This document shows positions 42,604 to 52,358 of a stretch of DNA of 64,000 bases, in pieces. The stretch is from an uncultured Chloroflexia bacterium. Lineage in GTDB: Bacteria > Chloroflexota > Limnocylindria > Limnocylindrales > CSP1-4. Below the pieces are notes generated by a model that saw nothing but the letters and a program-made list of their open reading frames with translations, had not been told where the DNA came from and did not search any database. The stretch spans positions 128,001 to 192,000 of the forward strand of contig CAVQJC010000005.1 in the NCBI GenBank assembly GCA_963712745.1, in the 5' to 3' direction. How positions within the stretch are numbered: position 1 is the first letter of the stretch; every line of letters begins with the position of its first letter. The translations under genes and the position numbers were made by a program.

Positions 42604-43603
42604 TCATCCGCTGCTTCGACTCGCGACGATAGGCGGGGAAGAAACCCGACCGATCGGCGGGGTCGGCCCCGTGCTCGAGGCAGAGCTCCCGATAGCGTGC
42701 AGCGTTCAGGATGCGCTTGATGGCCAACCTCGGCCGGCGTTCACCCCCGAGTCGGCGCTTGGCCTCAGCCACTGAGTCGCCCTCTTGGACCCCACTGCCA
42801 ATCCCGAGCCAACGGACCTGTTGCCGCATCATCACTTCGACTACATACCACGTCAGCCCAAGCAGGAAACGGCGGCCATCCTCTGAGGCGACCGCAAACA
42901 GCAGCTCAGCGCAGTGGGCGGTCCGCGCCGCCAGGATGGCGGCAACAGGGCGGCCGCGCGGGTAGGCGACGACGGTCGAGCCTTCCATGTCGCATAGTCC
43001 CTGCAGAGTCAGCCTAGTCATCGCGTAGACCGGTTCAGCTCCTCGTGCCCGCATGAACGACGGAAACAGGTCCAAGAGCACGGCCCCTGCGGTCGCGTCG
43101 CCCTCGACGTACTGCGCCCGCTCATCATCGAACGACTTCAGGATCCGCCTGTAGTTCCGGGACATGCGGCGTGCTAGTCCGGTAGCACCGAGTGTGAGAT
43201 CGAGGAAGTACGCGGTATTCGAATGTGATGTATCAGGCAGCGTGCGCAGTCCGCCGGGAGCGAGTAGTGGGTGCAGCCCAAGATAGGCTGCGACCGCACC
43301 GGTTTGGGCACCATAGTCATCCAGCGCAGCCGAGAACCCAGCAGGATCCCCGTCGCCAACGGGACCTGCGAAGCCGAACGGCGTCACCAGGTCTGAATCC
43401 CGACCAAGACTGCGCTTCGATATCGGGCATAGGATGGTGGCGCCGGGATCTCCAGCGGCAAAGAGGAAGATCGGATCTGGCCACGACGCCTGCAGGGCCT
43501 GGTTGTATGCCCAGGTGTGGGCGATCGCGTGAGGCACTCGGGCGACCGCAGCCTCCCAGCGCGCACGATCGGACAGGCCGATCACTTGGAATCCTGCCGT
43601 CAT
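42587..43603 (-). CDS. GNAT / FemAB-like N-acyltransferase
   Basis: DLVTPFGFAGP, YFLDLT, MSRNYRR, WLGIGSG...DSVAEAKRRLG, C-terminal GFFPAYR. Confidence 0.8.
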   Translation of the reverse strand: MTAGFQVIGLSDRARWEAAVARVPHAIAHTWAYNQALQASWPDPIFLFAAGDPGATILCPISKRSLGRDSDLVTPFGFAGPVGDGDPAGFSAALDDYGAQTGAVAAYLGLHPLLAPGGLRTLPDTSHSNTAYFLDLTLGATGLARRMSRNYRRILKSFDDERAQYVEGDATAGAVLLDLFPSFMRARGAEPVYAMTRLTLQGLCDMEGSTVVAYPRGRPVAAILAARTAHCAELLFAVASEDGRRFLLGLTWYVVEVMMRQQVRWLGIGSGVQEGDSVAEAKRRLGGERRPRLAIKRILNAARYRELCLEHGADPADRSGFFPAYRRESKQRMSERDG

Positions 43604-44334
43604 CAGCGCTTCACGGGTAGCCGGTCCGCCTCCGCGAGGGCGTCGCTGGCCCGGTAGAGCCCTCGGCCCATGTAGCCGTGTGGTTCATGGAACCATTGGA
43701 GTCCGGCTGCCTCGAAGGCCTCATGGAATTGCACCTCGCTGAACAGGCCGAGCTCATGCCGCTCGGTGAAGCGATGAACCCGGTTCGATTCCGCCACGAG
43801 GTACTCGATGTCCAGGATGGCGAGATCGCCTTCCTGCTCCTGCACGTACATCCACGCCAGCCTAAGGTCAGGCTCGTCCACGAAGTTGGCGGCGACATGC
43901 CGCCTCCAGTAGCTGGCTGGCGTGAACCACGGCTCCACCAAGAGAAGACCGCCGGGAGCGAGATGCCTAGCCATCGAGGCGATCGCATCGCGGAGCCCCT
44001 GCTCGTCACGCGTGTATGCGATGGAGCTGAAGAGGCAACTCACGACGTCGAACGAGTTGCCGAGATCGAACCGCCGCATGTCCTCGACGAACAAGTCGGC
44101 ATCGGGAAGTCGGCCGCGCGCGATCTCGAGCATTTCGACGTTGAGGTCCAGGCCCGCTGTGACGAGGCGATCCCCGACGAGCTCCATGACCCTGCCCGTC
44201 CCACATGCAACGTCGAGCATGGTTCGCGCCTTCGGATCGTGCCGTCCGATATCCGCCAACAGGGCTTCAACCTCGCCCTGGTAGTCCTTGAACGCGTACA
44301 TCGAGTCGTAGAACCGGGAGGACTTGGTGTACAT
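43603..44334 (-). CDS. NDP-amino-sugar N,N-dimethyltransferase (TylM1/DesVI-like)
   Basis: MYTKSSRFYDSMYAFKDY..E, LDVACGTG, DMRRFDLG..FDVVSCLFSSIAY, HLAPGG..VEPWFTP, GRGLY. Confidence 0.85.
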   Translation of the reverse strand: MYTKSSRFYDSMYAFKDYQGEVEALLADIGRHDPKARTMLDVACGTGRVMELVGDRLVTAGLDLNVEMLEIARGRLPDADLFVEDMRRFDLGNSFDVVSCLFSSIAYTRDEQGLRDAIASMARHLAPGGLLLVEPWFTPASYWRRHVAANFVDEPDLRLAWMYVQEQEGDLAILDIEYLVAESNRVHRFTERHELGLFSEVQFHEAFEAAGLQWFHEPHGYMGRGLYRASDALAEADRLPVKR

Positions 44335-44339
44335 GAGTG

Positions 44340-45272
44340 TCAGGTCCAGGGGTTGCGCCCGACGACGGGCCGAGAAAGGTAGCTGGGGAAGGTCAAAGTC
44401 TCCTCTGATCGACTCGCCTCGACAAGGTCCCGATAGCTGATCTTGTCCACGATCCGACCACCGAGCAGTGTCCCCTGAGTGCCCGTCGACCAACCCCGTT
44501 TGAAGTCGGCGAGCCCGTCCGACTGCCCGAATGGTCCGGCATTGGACCCGAGGTCGATCCATTCGATCCGGGATCCCGCCAGCCAGCTGATAGCCTCGGC
44601 AACGAGCGCGTAGGTGGCGGACACGTCGTACCCAGCCCGGGTCGAAGCCGCCAGGTGATAGTAGGCGGCGCTGCCCATGACGTACCACACCGTCATCGCC
44701 ACACACTCTCGGCCTTGCATCGCTAGAAACGCGACTGCACCCGGGGCGATCAACTGGTCGTGGTAGTACGAACGCGACTCGGCCTCGGGGCCTGACATTC
44801 CATGACGATCTGCCAGTACGCGGACCAGCGTCATCCAATCATCGAGTCGTTGGACCGGTTGGGACTCGAGTTCGACGGTCACCGACCGACTAGCCTGCCG
44901 GAGGCGATAGCGGTGGCCTTGGGGCAGCGAGCGATGAAGGACTGTGTGCACGACAAAGTGGTCCTTGTACTGCTCGAGGTGATCTGGAAACGCTCGCGAG
45001 AACTGCTCGGCCGTCGCGCGCATGAACGGGTCCGATACCCCCACGACAGAAACGACCCCGCCCATGTCGCTGAGGTCTTCGGCGAGTCCGTCCCAGTCCA
45101 GACAGTGAGTGCGCCGGTAACCGACGCGCGCATGCAGCAGCGGTGTGCCCTCTATCGGTCGCGTGAGAACCCACGCTGAACTCCGGGGCAACCGCCGCGG
45201 CTCGCCAAACGCGGTGAGCGAAGCACCATAGGCTTCGCTGAGGTAACCGACTAGTGCCGCGGGCTGGCTCAT
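44340..45272 (-). CDS. GNAT / FemAB-like protein
   Basis: YKDHFVV, HRYRLR, AYYHLAAS...GY...ATYAL, DGLADFKRGWS, TFPSY. Confidence 0.8.
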   Translation of the reverse strand: MSQPAALVGYLSEAYGASLTAFGEPRRLPRSSAWVLTRPIEGTPLLHARVGYRRTHCLDWDGLAEDLSDMGGVVSVVGVSDPFMRATAEQFSRAFPDHLEQYKDHFVVHTVLHRSLPQGHRYRLRQASRSVTVELESQPVQRLDDWMTLVRVLADRHGMSGPEAESRSYYHDQLIAPGAVAFLAMQGRECVAMTVWYVMGSAAYYHLAASTRAGYDVSATYALVAEAISWLAGSRIEWIDLGSNAGPFGQSDGLADFKRGWSTGTQGTLLGGRIVDKISYRDLVEASRSEETLTFPSYLSRPVVGRNPWT

Positions 45273-46519
45273 TCCTCCCGCCCCAGCCGTTGATTGATGG
45301 CCCGCGGGGCCCGAACAGCCGCTCCGATCACTGCACAGACGGTATCGATCGCCTCGCCGTCAATGGCAGGCCCGGTCGGCAACGACAGCACCTCGTCAGA
45401 TAGTCGCTCGGTAACCGGGAGTCGAGGGGGTCGCCCCTTCGCAAGGCTGAGATATGGCTCCATCCGATGGCACCCGGGCGCGAAGTACCGGCGCGCCAGC
45501 ACGTTCTCGGCTATGAGCACTTCTTGGAGCGCGTCGCGATCGAATCCGACAGCCGACCGGTCTACCGAGATCACGATGTGCTGGTGGTTCCGTTGCTCGT
45601 TTCGGTCATGCTCCCAGAGGCGAATCCCCGGCAGATGCGCAAGACCCTCCGCATATCGCCTCTCATGCGTGCGGTTGACGTCGATCGTCGCTCGCATGGC
45701 GTCCAGGGATGTCAGGCCCATCGCCGCCGACGCCTCGCTCATCTTGGCGTTGGTTCCCCAATGGGCGGTCCGGTCGTAGTCCACGAATCCGAAGGAGCGC
45801 ATCGTCGCGAGCTTCGCTGCCAGCTCCTCATCGTTGGTCGTGATCGCACCCCCCTCGAAGGAGTTGACGAACTTGGTGGCGTGGAAGCTGAAAACCTCCG
45901 CGCGCCCGAACGTCCCCACCATCCTTCCACGATCCGAACAGGCGAAGGCGTGCGCAGCATCCAAGACGAGGGCGATCCCGTGCCGGCGCGCCACGGACTC
46001 GAGCGCTTCAGGAGAGCATGGCCGACCCCAAAGGTGGACCCCCACGATCGCACCGGTTGCCGGACTGATGAGTCGTTCCACGTGGGCTGGATCCAGGTTG
46101 CCTGTTCCTGGGTCGACGTCCGCGAACACCACTCGCATCCCCAGGCCGTGGAACACGTGCGCGCTCGAGATGAAGGTGAAGCTCGGGACGATGACCTCGC
46201 CCTCAAGCCCCAGTGCGACAGCGACTAGGTGGAGCCCTGAGGTCGCACTCGCCACGGCGATCGCATGACGGGCCCCGGTGATGGCCGCCACTCGCGCCTC
46301 GAACTCCTGTACGAGTGGGCCGCCATTGGTCAGGACCCGCTGCTCGAAAACCGACCGCATCCGCCTGAAGAAACGCTCCGGATCCCCGATACCCGGCCGC
46401 CCGACATGCAGCGGCTCTACGAAAGCCGGGCTCCCGCCCATAATCGCAAGTTCCCCGGCTGACTTCGGTGATGCCACGCCGCCAGTATCCGATATCCAAG
46501 GGCGGCCGCCGATACTCAT
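45269..46519 (-). CDS. DegT/DnrJ/EryC1/StrS PLP aminotransferase (DesI/VioA-like sugar 4-aminotransferase)
   Basis: PLHVGRP, LTNGGPLV.EFE, VPSFTF, DAAHAF, VFSFHATK, NAKMSE; start 46519 or GTG 46477. Confidence 0.9.
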   Translation of the reverse strand: MSIGGRPWISDTGGVASPKSAGELAIMGGSPAFVEPLHVGRPGIGDPERFFRRMRSVFEQRVLTNGGPLVQEFEARVAAITGARHAIAVASATSGLHLVAVALGLEGEVIVPSFTFISSAHVFHGLGMRVVFADVDPGTGNLDPAHVERLISPATGAIVGVHLWGRPCSPEALESVARRHGIALVLDAAHAFACSDRGRMVGTFGRAEVFSFHATKFVNSFEGGAITTNDEELAAKLATMRSFGFVDYDRTAHWGTNAKMSEASAAMGLTSLDAMRATIDVNRTHERRYAEGLAHLPGIRLWEHDRNEQRNHQHIVISVDRSAVGFDRDALQEVLIAENVLARRYFAPGCHRMEPYLSLAKGRPPRLPVTERLSDEVLSLPTGPAIDGEAIDTVCAVIGAAVRAPRAINQRLGREE

Positions 46520-46580
46520 CTTGAGACTCGCGCCGCGACCGTGCCCGGTGTCGGGCCCACATCCTAGACGGAGTGCAACG

Positions 46581-47237
46581 ATGGACGAGCCCCTCGACCA
46601 ACTGGTTTCAAGCCCACCCCTGCTCCATACATGGGACAAAGGCGGTTCGTGGAATACCGGAGGGTTCGACGGTACAGCGCTCGAAAGGCTGCATCGCCTG
46701 ACGACTGGCGCTGGCGTAGAACGAGTGTTGGAGACCGGAGCCGGCTGCTCGACACTCGCATTCATCCTCTCGGGCGTCGCCAGCGTGACGAGTGTCTTTC
46801 CCGATGCGGGACTCGCGAAGAGGATCGGCTCGTGGCTCGACGATCGAGGCGTCACCTACGGCGAGTGGGAGCCCGTACTCGGCATGAGCGAAGACGTGTT
46901 GCCGGACCTCACGCAGCCCGGCACTGCGGCCATCGACCTGGCCCTGATCGACGGCGGACATGGCTGGCCGACCGTGTTCGTCGACTTCTACTACATGAAT
47001 CGAGCGCTGCGTCAGGGCGGCCTGCTTGTCGTGGATGACCTTCAGCTATATGGCGTAGCCGAGCTCGCGCGTTTGTTGTCCGTGCAGCCCGGCTGGAGCT
47101 ACCACTCTGACGTGAGCCCCAAGACGGCTGTCTTTCGCAAGAACAACTCCGATGCGAGGCTTCCGGACTTCGGCGGCCAGCCATACATCCGCTTGCGCTC
47201 GAACCTTCCTGGAGCCAGATCTCATCTAACCCTTTGA
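46581..47237 (+). CDS. Class I SAM methyltransferase (Methyltransf_24-like), paralog of 38277-38963
   Basis: VLETGAGCST, LALIDGGHGWPTVFVDF, LRQGGLLVVDD, LPDFGGQPY. Confidence 0.85.
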   Translation: MDEPLDQLVSSPPLLHTWDKGGSWNTGGFDGTALERLHRLTTGAGVERVLETGAGCSTLAFILSGVASVTSVFPDAGLAKRIGSWLDDRGVTYGEWEPVLGMSEDVLPDLTQPGTAAIDLALIDGGHGWPTVFVDFYYMNRALRQGGLLVVDDLQLYGVAELARLLSVQPGWSYHSDVSPKTAVFRKNNSDARLPDFGGQPYIRLRSNLPGARSHLTL

Positions 47238-47265
47238 CCCGCCTGATGCCCTTTCTCTGGGCAAG

Positions 47266-48172
47266 TCAATCTCGCAGGACGTCCACCGAAGTCGACAAAG
47301 CACGACCCGCCTGTCTGTAGTGCCGATTCCTCCAGGTGGCCGTGGCAGTTGGCAAGTACTCCGAAAGTTCTTCGTACTCATCAGCCAACGCCACTCGGAG
47401 ACTCTGATAGACCCTTGGCTCCATCTCCATCTGCTGGCCGACATGGTGTTGCTCCGTGACACGGCCGATGTCGAGTTCCTCGATCGGGAGCTCGAGCCAG
47501 GCGAGGATCCGGTCGACGAATCCGTGCGGAGAGTCTCTCACGTAGTCATACGTGTATGCCCGCACCTGGTCGGCGGGGAATGCGTCGTAGAACCGTCGCA
47601 GAGTGCGTGAGTACCTCGAAAGCTCGATGACATCGGGCCGGCTGGCGATCGCATGGGCGGCGTCGGGCACTTGCCCTTCTCGGACCAGCATCCGGACCTG
47701 CGACCAAGCGCGGTCGATCGGAATCGCGCACGATCAAGAGGATGCGAGCGTTGGGAGAGAGGCGAGCCATGTGTCGAATGGCCGGCGTGGGCAGCAGCGA
47801 GTACAGGGGATCTACTTCTGCGCATAGTTGATCAGGTGCGGCGTGGGCATAGATGCGTCCGTACCATTCATCGGTGACTTCCGGTTCCCCGATCAGATGC
47901 AGTAGATCGTCAGTGGAGTCCCCGATGGAGGCTGGGCCAAGGCGAGCACGCCGGAGCGCGATCGCCTGATCGGCTCCGAACCACCTTCTGCGGGCGGCCC
48001 ATTCAGCATCACCAGGCCGGTGGAGTTGGTTGTAGAAGTGCAACTCCTTCACAGGCGATACCCATACCCGTGGGTGAGCGCCAAGAAGTGCCTGCAGCCA
48101 AGTGGTCGCAGCCTTCTGTGCTCCGATGCAGTAGAAGTCCGGATACCGAAGTCCGACCAGGTTGTCAATCAT
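47266..48172 (-). pseudogene. Sulfotransferase split by a single-base insertion at ~47722 (pseudogene or sequencing error)
   Basis: PDFYCIGAQKAATTWL, KELHF; removing one T restores IVRDPIDRAWSQ (3'-PB motif) and joins ORF 47266-47691. Confidence 0.85.
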
Positions 48173-48537
48173 GGCCGCGTACGAGGATCGACCGTTGGAC
48201 GGGTACAACCCACGGCCTGGGGTGGACTCGGGCTGCGAAGGTGCTGCCGGGTACCGATGGTTATGCCTCCGCCGGTGGGTAGTGGGAGACGACTGCGCGA
48301 AGTACCACCGTATCAGCCTCCACGGATGGACGCGACCCTGACGCTCGATCCTCGAAGCCTGTCTTCGCGTCCGACCGCGGCAGGCTTCGACTACCGAAGA
48401 GGCCGTTCAGCTAGCCGCCGATCGAAGGCGACCGACGATCGAGCATTCCGACGCATGCGTCCGCTGCGTTGGGCGACCCTGTACGCGGTGGTGCGAGTAG
48501 GATTGTCCACGCCACCGAGGATGCGACAGGGAGGGTG

Positions 48538-49200
48538 ATGACTGACAGCAGCGGCACGGACCTGCCTCCGACTACCCGCCGGGAGCAAGACCTGGATCGA
48601 GGACTACGTACTCGCGGTACCAGTCACCTGGTGTCGGAGTTGGCACGTGTGACCGCGGGGCTGGAGGAGCTCGAGGAGCTGCTCCTTAAGATGGGTGAGC
48701 GGCTCGATACGCTAGAGGCATCTGTCGGAGCCTTGCACGTGCCGCTGGTGCGGGATTCGATGGTCCGTGGCATCGACGGCGTGCCCTCGGAGATCTCGAT
48801 CACCGCCGACATGCCGCTGGACCCAGCTGACGGGTTCCACGCCCTCGAGTACGACTCGGGCGGACGACCTTTCCGCTGGACTGGCGCCGCGGGAAACGTC
48901 TTCCGCTTCAGTGTGCCGCTCGATCGCCGGGCAAGAGTGGTAGCGAACCTCGCCCTCTGGGCGTTCGGCAGAGTCATGGCCGACGGCCCGACGTCGATCG
49001 CCTGCGAGGTGGACGGCGTTCGTGGCATAGCGAAGAGGTCAGCGATCACTGACGTGGACGCCGTGTTCGAGGTCGAGTTGCCGGCGAGTCCCAAGCGGAT
49101 GTCCGCGGTCCTCGCCTTCGAGGTTCCTACGGGCCCGCCCGAGAACTCGGAGGATGATCGCGAGATCGGTGTCCCGTTCCGCTACCTTCAGGTCGGCTAG
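48538..49200 (+). CDS. Hypothetical protein: coiled coil plus C-terminal beta-sandwich
   Basis: GGAGGG then ATG 48538; heptad LEELEELLLKMGERLDTLE; GFHALE...FRWTG...DDREIGV. Confidence 0.72.
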   Translation: MTDSSGTDLPPTTRREQDLDRGLRTRGTSHLVSELARVTAGLEELEELLLKMGERLDTLEASVGALHVPLVRDSMVRGIDGVPSEISITADMPLDPADGFHALEYDSGGRPFRWTGAAGNVFRFSVPLDRRARVVANLALWAFGRVMADGPTSIACEVDGVRGIAKRSAITDVDAVFEVELPASPKRMSAVLAFEVPTGPPENSEDDREIGVPFRYLQVG

Positions 49201-49209
49201 AGGCGATCC

Positions 49210-50166
49210 GTGACGATGACGACACCGATCGTGGCCGCGGTCTGCACGTACGAGCGACACGACCTCCTCCGACAGGCCATCGGGAGCCTCGTCGGGCAGA
49301 CACTCCCACAGAGCGACTACCGCATCCTCGTCGTCGATAACTCGCCCCCGAGCGACCGGCGCGACCACGCGCAGCAGTCGTACTCGGACATCGCCAATCT
49401 CGCCTATGTCACGGTGGACACGCCCGGACTGTCGAACGCTCGCAACGTCGCGGCACGCGGAGCGGCAAGCGAGTACATCGCGTATCTCGACGATGATGCG
49501 GTCGCTGCCGAGGACTGGCTCGAGCAAGTGCTCGCCGTCTTCGAGCAGTTCGGCGACGCCGCGGGCATAGTCGGCGGCAAGGTCGAGCCCCTCTGGACCG
49601 CGCCTCGCCCAGCATGGCTCTCCGACGACATGTTGGGATCGCTGACGGTGGTCGACCTTGGCGACGTGACGCGTGAGAAGCACAAGGACGAGTGGATCGC
49701 CGGAGCGAACTTCTCCGTGCGCGTCGAGCCGCTGCTTGAGCATGGCGGGTTCGACACGAAGCTCGGACGGACCGGTGGCAACGTGCTGCTGTCGAACGAG
49801 GATGTCGCGTTCGTGGCGAAGTTCGAGGAAGCCGGCTACCGCACCATCTGGGCGCCCAAGGCCGTCGTCTCGCACCGGGTCGAGCCGGAACGCGTGACAC
49901 AGTCGTGGTTCAGGCGGCGATATGCATGGCAGGCGGTCTCCGACTTCATGTCTGATCCCGAGACGGCCAAGAGCCGGTCATCGGGAGACTGGCGAAACCT
50001 GGTCTCGTTCTTCAACGATCTACCCCCTCGCCTGCGAACCCCGCGAGGCCTGATGGTGGACCTCGATGACCCGGGCTTGGCTCGTCGGCAGATCGGCGTG
50101 GTGTATAGCGCGACAGCGCTGCTACTCGCGGGCGCGTCGCTGGACGATCTGGAGCGGGAGTCGTAG
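49210..50166 (+). CDS. GT2 glycosyltransferase
   Basis: AVCTYER, VVDNS, GLSNARN, YLDDDA, AGANF, LLSNED. Confidence 0.92.
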   Translation: MTMTTPIVAAVCTYERHDLLRQAIGSLVGQTLPQSDYRILVVDNSPPSDRRDHAQQSYSDIANLAYVTVDTPGLSNARNVAARGAASEYIAYLDDDAVAAEDWLEQVLAVFEQFGDAAGIVGGKVEPLWTAPRPAWLSDDMLGSLTVVDLGDVTREKHKDEWIAGANFSVRVEPLLEHGGFDTKLGRTGGNVLLSNEDVAFVAKFEEAGYRTIWAPKAVVSHRVEPERVTQSWFRRRYAWQAVSDFMSDPETAKSRSSGDWRNLVSFFNDLPPRLRTPRGLMVDLDDPGLARRQIGVVYSATALLLAGASLDDLERES

Positions 50167-50171
50167 GCGCC

Positions 50172-52358
50172 GTGCCACCGCCCTTCTCGGTCGCGGTGCT
50201 GTCGCCCGCCCCGACGTGGCCACTGGACTACGGGAATCGCAAGCGGATCCGTCGCGTATGCCATCAGCTGCAGGAGCTCGGAGGCAGGATCAGCTTCATC
50301 CTCTATGCCCTCGAGGACGACTGGCGACGACAGTACCCGCGGTATGCCTTGGAGGAGATGCGACGCCAGTGGGAGGACGTCCACCTGATCATCCCGACGG
50401 TGCCGTACCATCCGGCCGCACGCGGGCTGGATCACCACATCGACGAGTGGTGGGATCCCGCCATCGGCAGCTTCCTCGACTGGTACTTCCGTGCCCGGCG
50501 CCCAGACGCCATCGTCGTCAACTACCCGTACCTCAGCAAGGCGCTGGACCACGCTCCCTCGTCCTGCCTTCGCATCCTCGACATGCACGATCGGTTCGGG
50601 GACCGTCGGGACCTCCTGGCCGGGCTCGGCGTCGGCTCCGAGTTCTTCCACACGACACCCGAGGAAGAGGCAAAGGCGCTTTCGCGTGCCGACCTCGCGC
50701 TTGCGATCAAGGACGAAGAGGCCGTCTACTTCCGGTCCATCTGCACGACGCCGGTGTTCACGCTACCGCACATCGACCCGATCTCGAGTTGGAACCCGAC
50801 GACCGATGAGGACGGATACCTGCGCATCGGTCTCCTCGGGGCTCGGAACAGCGTGAACGTCACGAATACACGGCGGTTCCTTGACATCGCTCTGCCAAGG
50901 ATCACCGCGGAGATGGCCCCAATCAGGGTCGTCCTCGGGGGTTCGATGTGCCGCGACCTGTCCTCGTACGCCGGTCATCCGCTCGTCACGATGCTGGGTT
51001 CGCTGGAGCACATCGCGACGTTCTACGAGTCCATCGATGTTTCGGTCGTACCGATCGAGCAGTCGAGTGGCCAGAAGATTCGAGTGGGTGAAGCACTCAG
51101 TCTGGCGGTGCCCATCCTCGCTCACCGACATGCTTTCGAGGGATACGTACCCTCGCATCGGCTGCATCAGGTGGACAGCCTGGATGGACTCGTTGACGCC
51201 TGTATCGAGCTCTCGTTCGACCGCTCGGCGCTGTCGAGCCTGTCAGCCGCCTCGCATTCCTCACGCGTCCGCACCGAAGAGAAGTCGCGCGCGGCTATCG
51301 AGTCCATCGCTCGTCTGGCGCGATCGCACGTGCCTTCCAGCCTCTTCGTCGTGCCTGTCGCGGCGCTGTCAGAACAGCCCGAACTCAGGCTCCACATCGT
51401 CTCCGCCGCAGCACTCGCTGGCAGCTACTCACGCATGAGGGTGCTGCTCACCGGAGGGCCTCCGACGGACGACCTGGCTCCGTTGATATCCGTCCTCAGA
51501 AGCATGGGACAGGTCTTCGCTGTCGAACGCGGTCAACCCGAGGTCGACGCGGTCGTCGCGGACTCGCTTGAACTCGTAGCGTCGCTCGAGACGGTCGATG
51601 TCTGGTGCTACGACGAGTCCCAGCTTGCGACGCTCGCTGATCGACAGCTCAATGTGCTGGTGAGCTCGGGCTTTCCCCCCGGCGAGCGCAGCCTCCGATT
51701 GTTGCCGCCCGTGCACTGCGCCGTCGAAGGTCGAGTCGGCCTCGTCCACGTCCCCAGCCGGAACAGGGCTGACCCGCTCCGCGTGAGACAGGTCTTCCCA
51801 CTTGGTCTCATCAGCGACCACGCCGCAGACGTCCTGCCGGAGATGCTCGAGGCAGAACCAGTCGACGCGGCCCTCGTGGTCTCGGACACCGCGGCCGACC
51901 CACTCGTCGCGATCATCCTGGCGATCCTTCAGTCTGCGCGTGTCAGCACGACATTCACAGCGCCGACAGAGGTACTAGATGGACTCGGGGCCCTGCTGCG
52001 ACACGACCGCCTGGATCGCGGCTGGTCGCTTCGGACCATGGAGACGCCAGTCGCGCGCGAATGGCTCAGAAGCCAAGCCCCCAGGCTCGTATTCGACTGT
52101 GCGGTGAGTGATCCGGACATCGAGGCATCGATGCTGATCGTCGATGTCCACGCCCGTCGCGGACTGGGCGGGAAGCCGTGGCGTGCCAGCTATCCCGGGA
52201 AGAGCGTGAGACTTGACGTCGTGGTGAGGGACATCCTCGAGTACGTACGTTCGGGTAGCGACCAGCGGCTCTACGGCCGCACCCGTGCCGAGGATGGGTC
52301 GGTCTATCTCTACAATCAGCGTTCGTTGGAGTTCCTGCGGTACCCGATCACCGCCTAG
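50172..52358 (+). CDS. GT4-like glycosyltransferase with a long C-terminal extension
   Basis: PLDYGNRKR, LDMHDRF, AIKDEE, VVPIEQSSGQKIRVGEAL. Confidence 0.82.
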   Translation: MPPPFSVAVLSPAPTWPLDYGNRKRIRRVCHQLQELGGRISFILYALEDDWRRQYPRYALEEMRRQWEDVHLIIPTVPYHPAARGLDHHIDEWWDPAIGSFLDWYFRARRPDAIVVNYPYLSKALDHAPSSCLRILDMHDRFGDRRDLLAGLGVGSEFFHTTPEEEAKALSRADLALAIKDEEAVYFRSICTTPVFTLPHIDPISSWNPTTDEDGYLRIGLLGARNSVNVTNTRRFLDIALPRITAEMAPIRVVLGGSMCRDLSSYAGHPLVTMLGSLEHIATFYESIDVSVVPIEQSSGQKIRVGEALSLAVPILAHRHAFEGYVPSHRLHQVDSLDGLVDACIELSFDRSALSSLSAASHSSRVRTEEKSRAAIESIARLARSHVPSSLFVVPVAALSEQPELRLHIVSAAALAGSYSRMRVLLTGGPPTDDLAPLISVLRSMGQVFAVERGQPEVDAVVADSLELVASLETVDVWCYDESQLATLADRQLNVLVSSGFPPGERSLRLLPPVHCAVEGRVGLVHVPSRNRADPLRVRQVFPLGLISDHAADVLPEMLEAEPVDAALVVSDTAADPLVAIILAILQSARVSTTFTAPTEVLDGLGALLRHDRLDRGWSLRTMETPVAREWLRSQAPRLVFDCAVSDPDIEASMLIVDVHARRGLGGKPWRASYPGKSVRLDVVVRDILEYVRSGSDQRLYGRTRAEDGSVYLYNQRSLEFLRYPITA

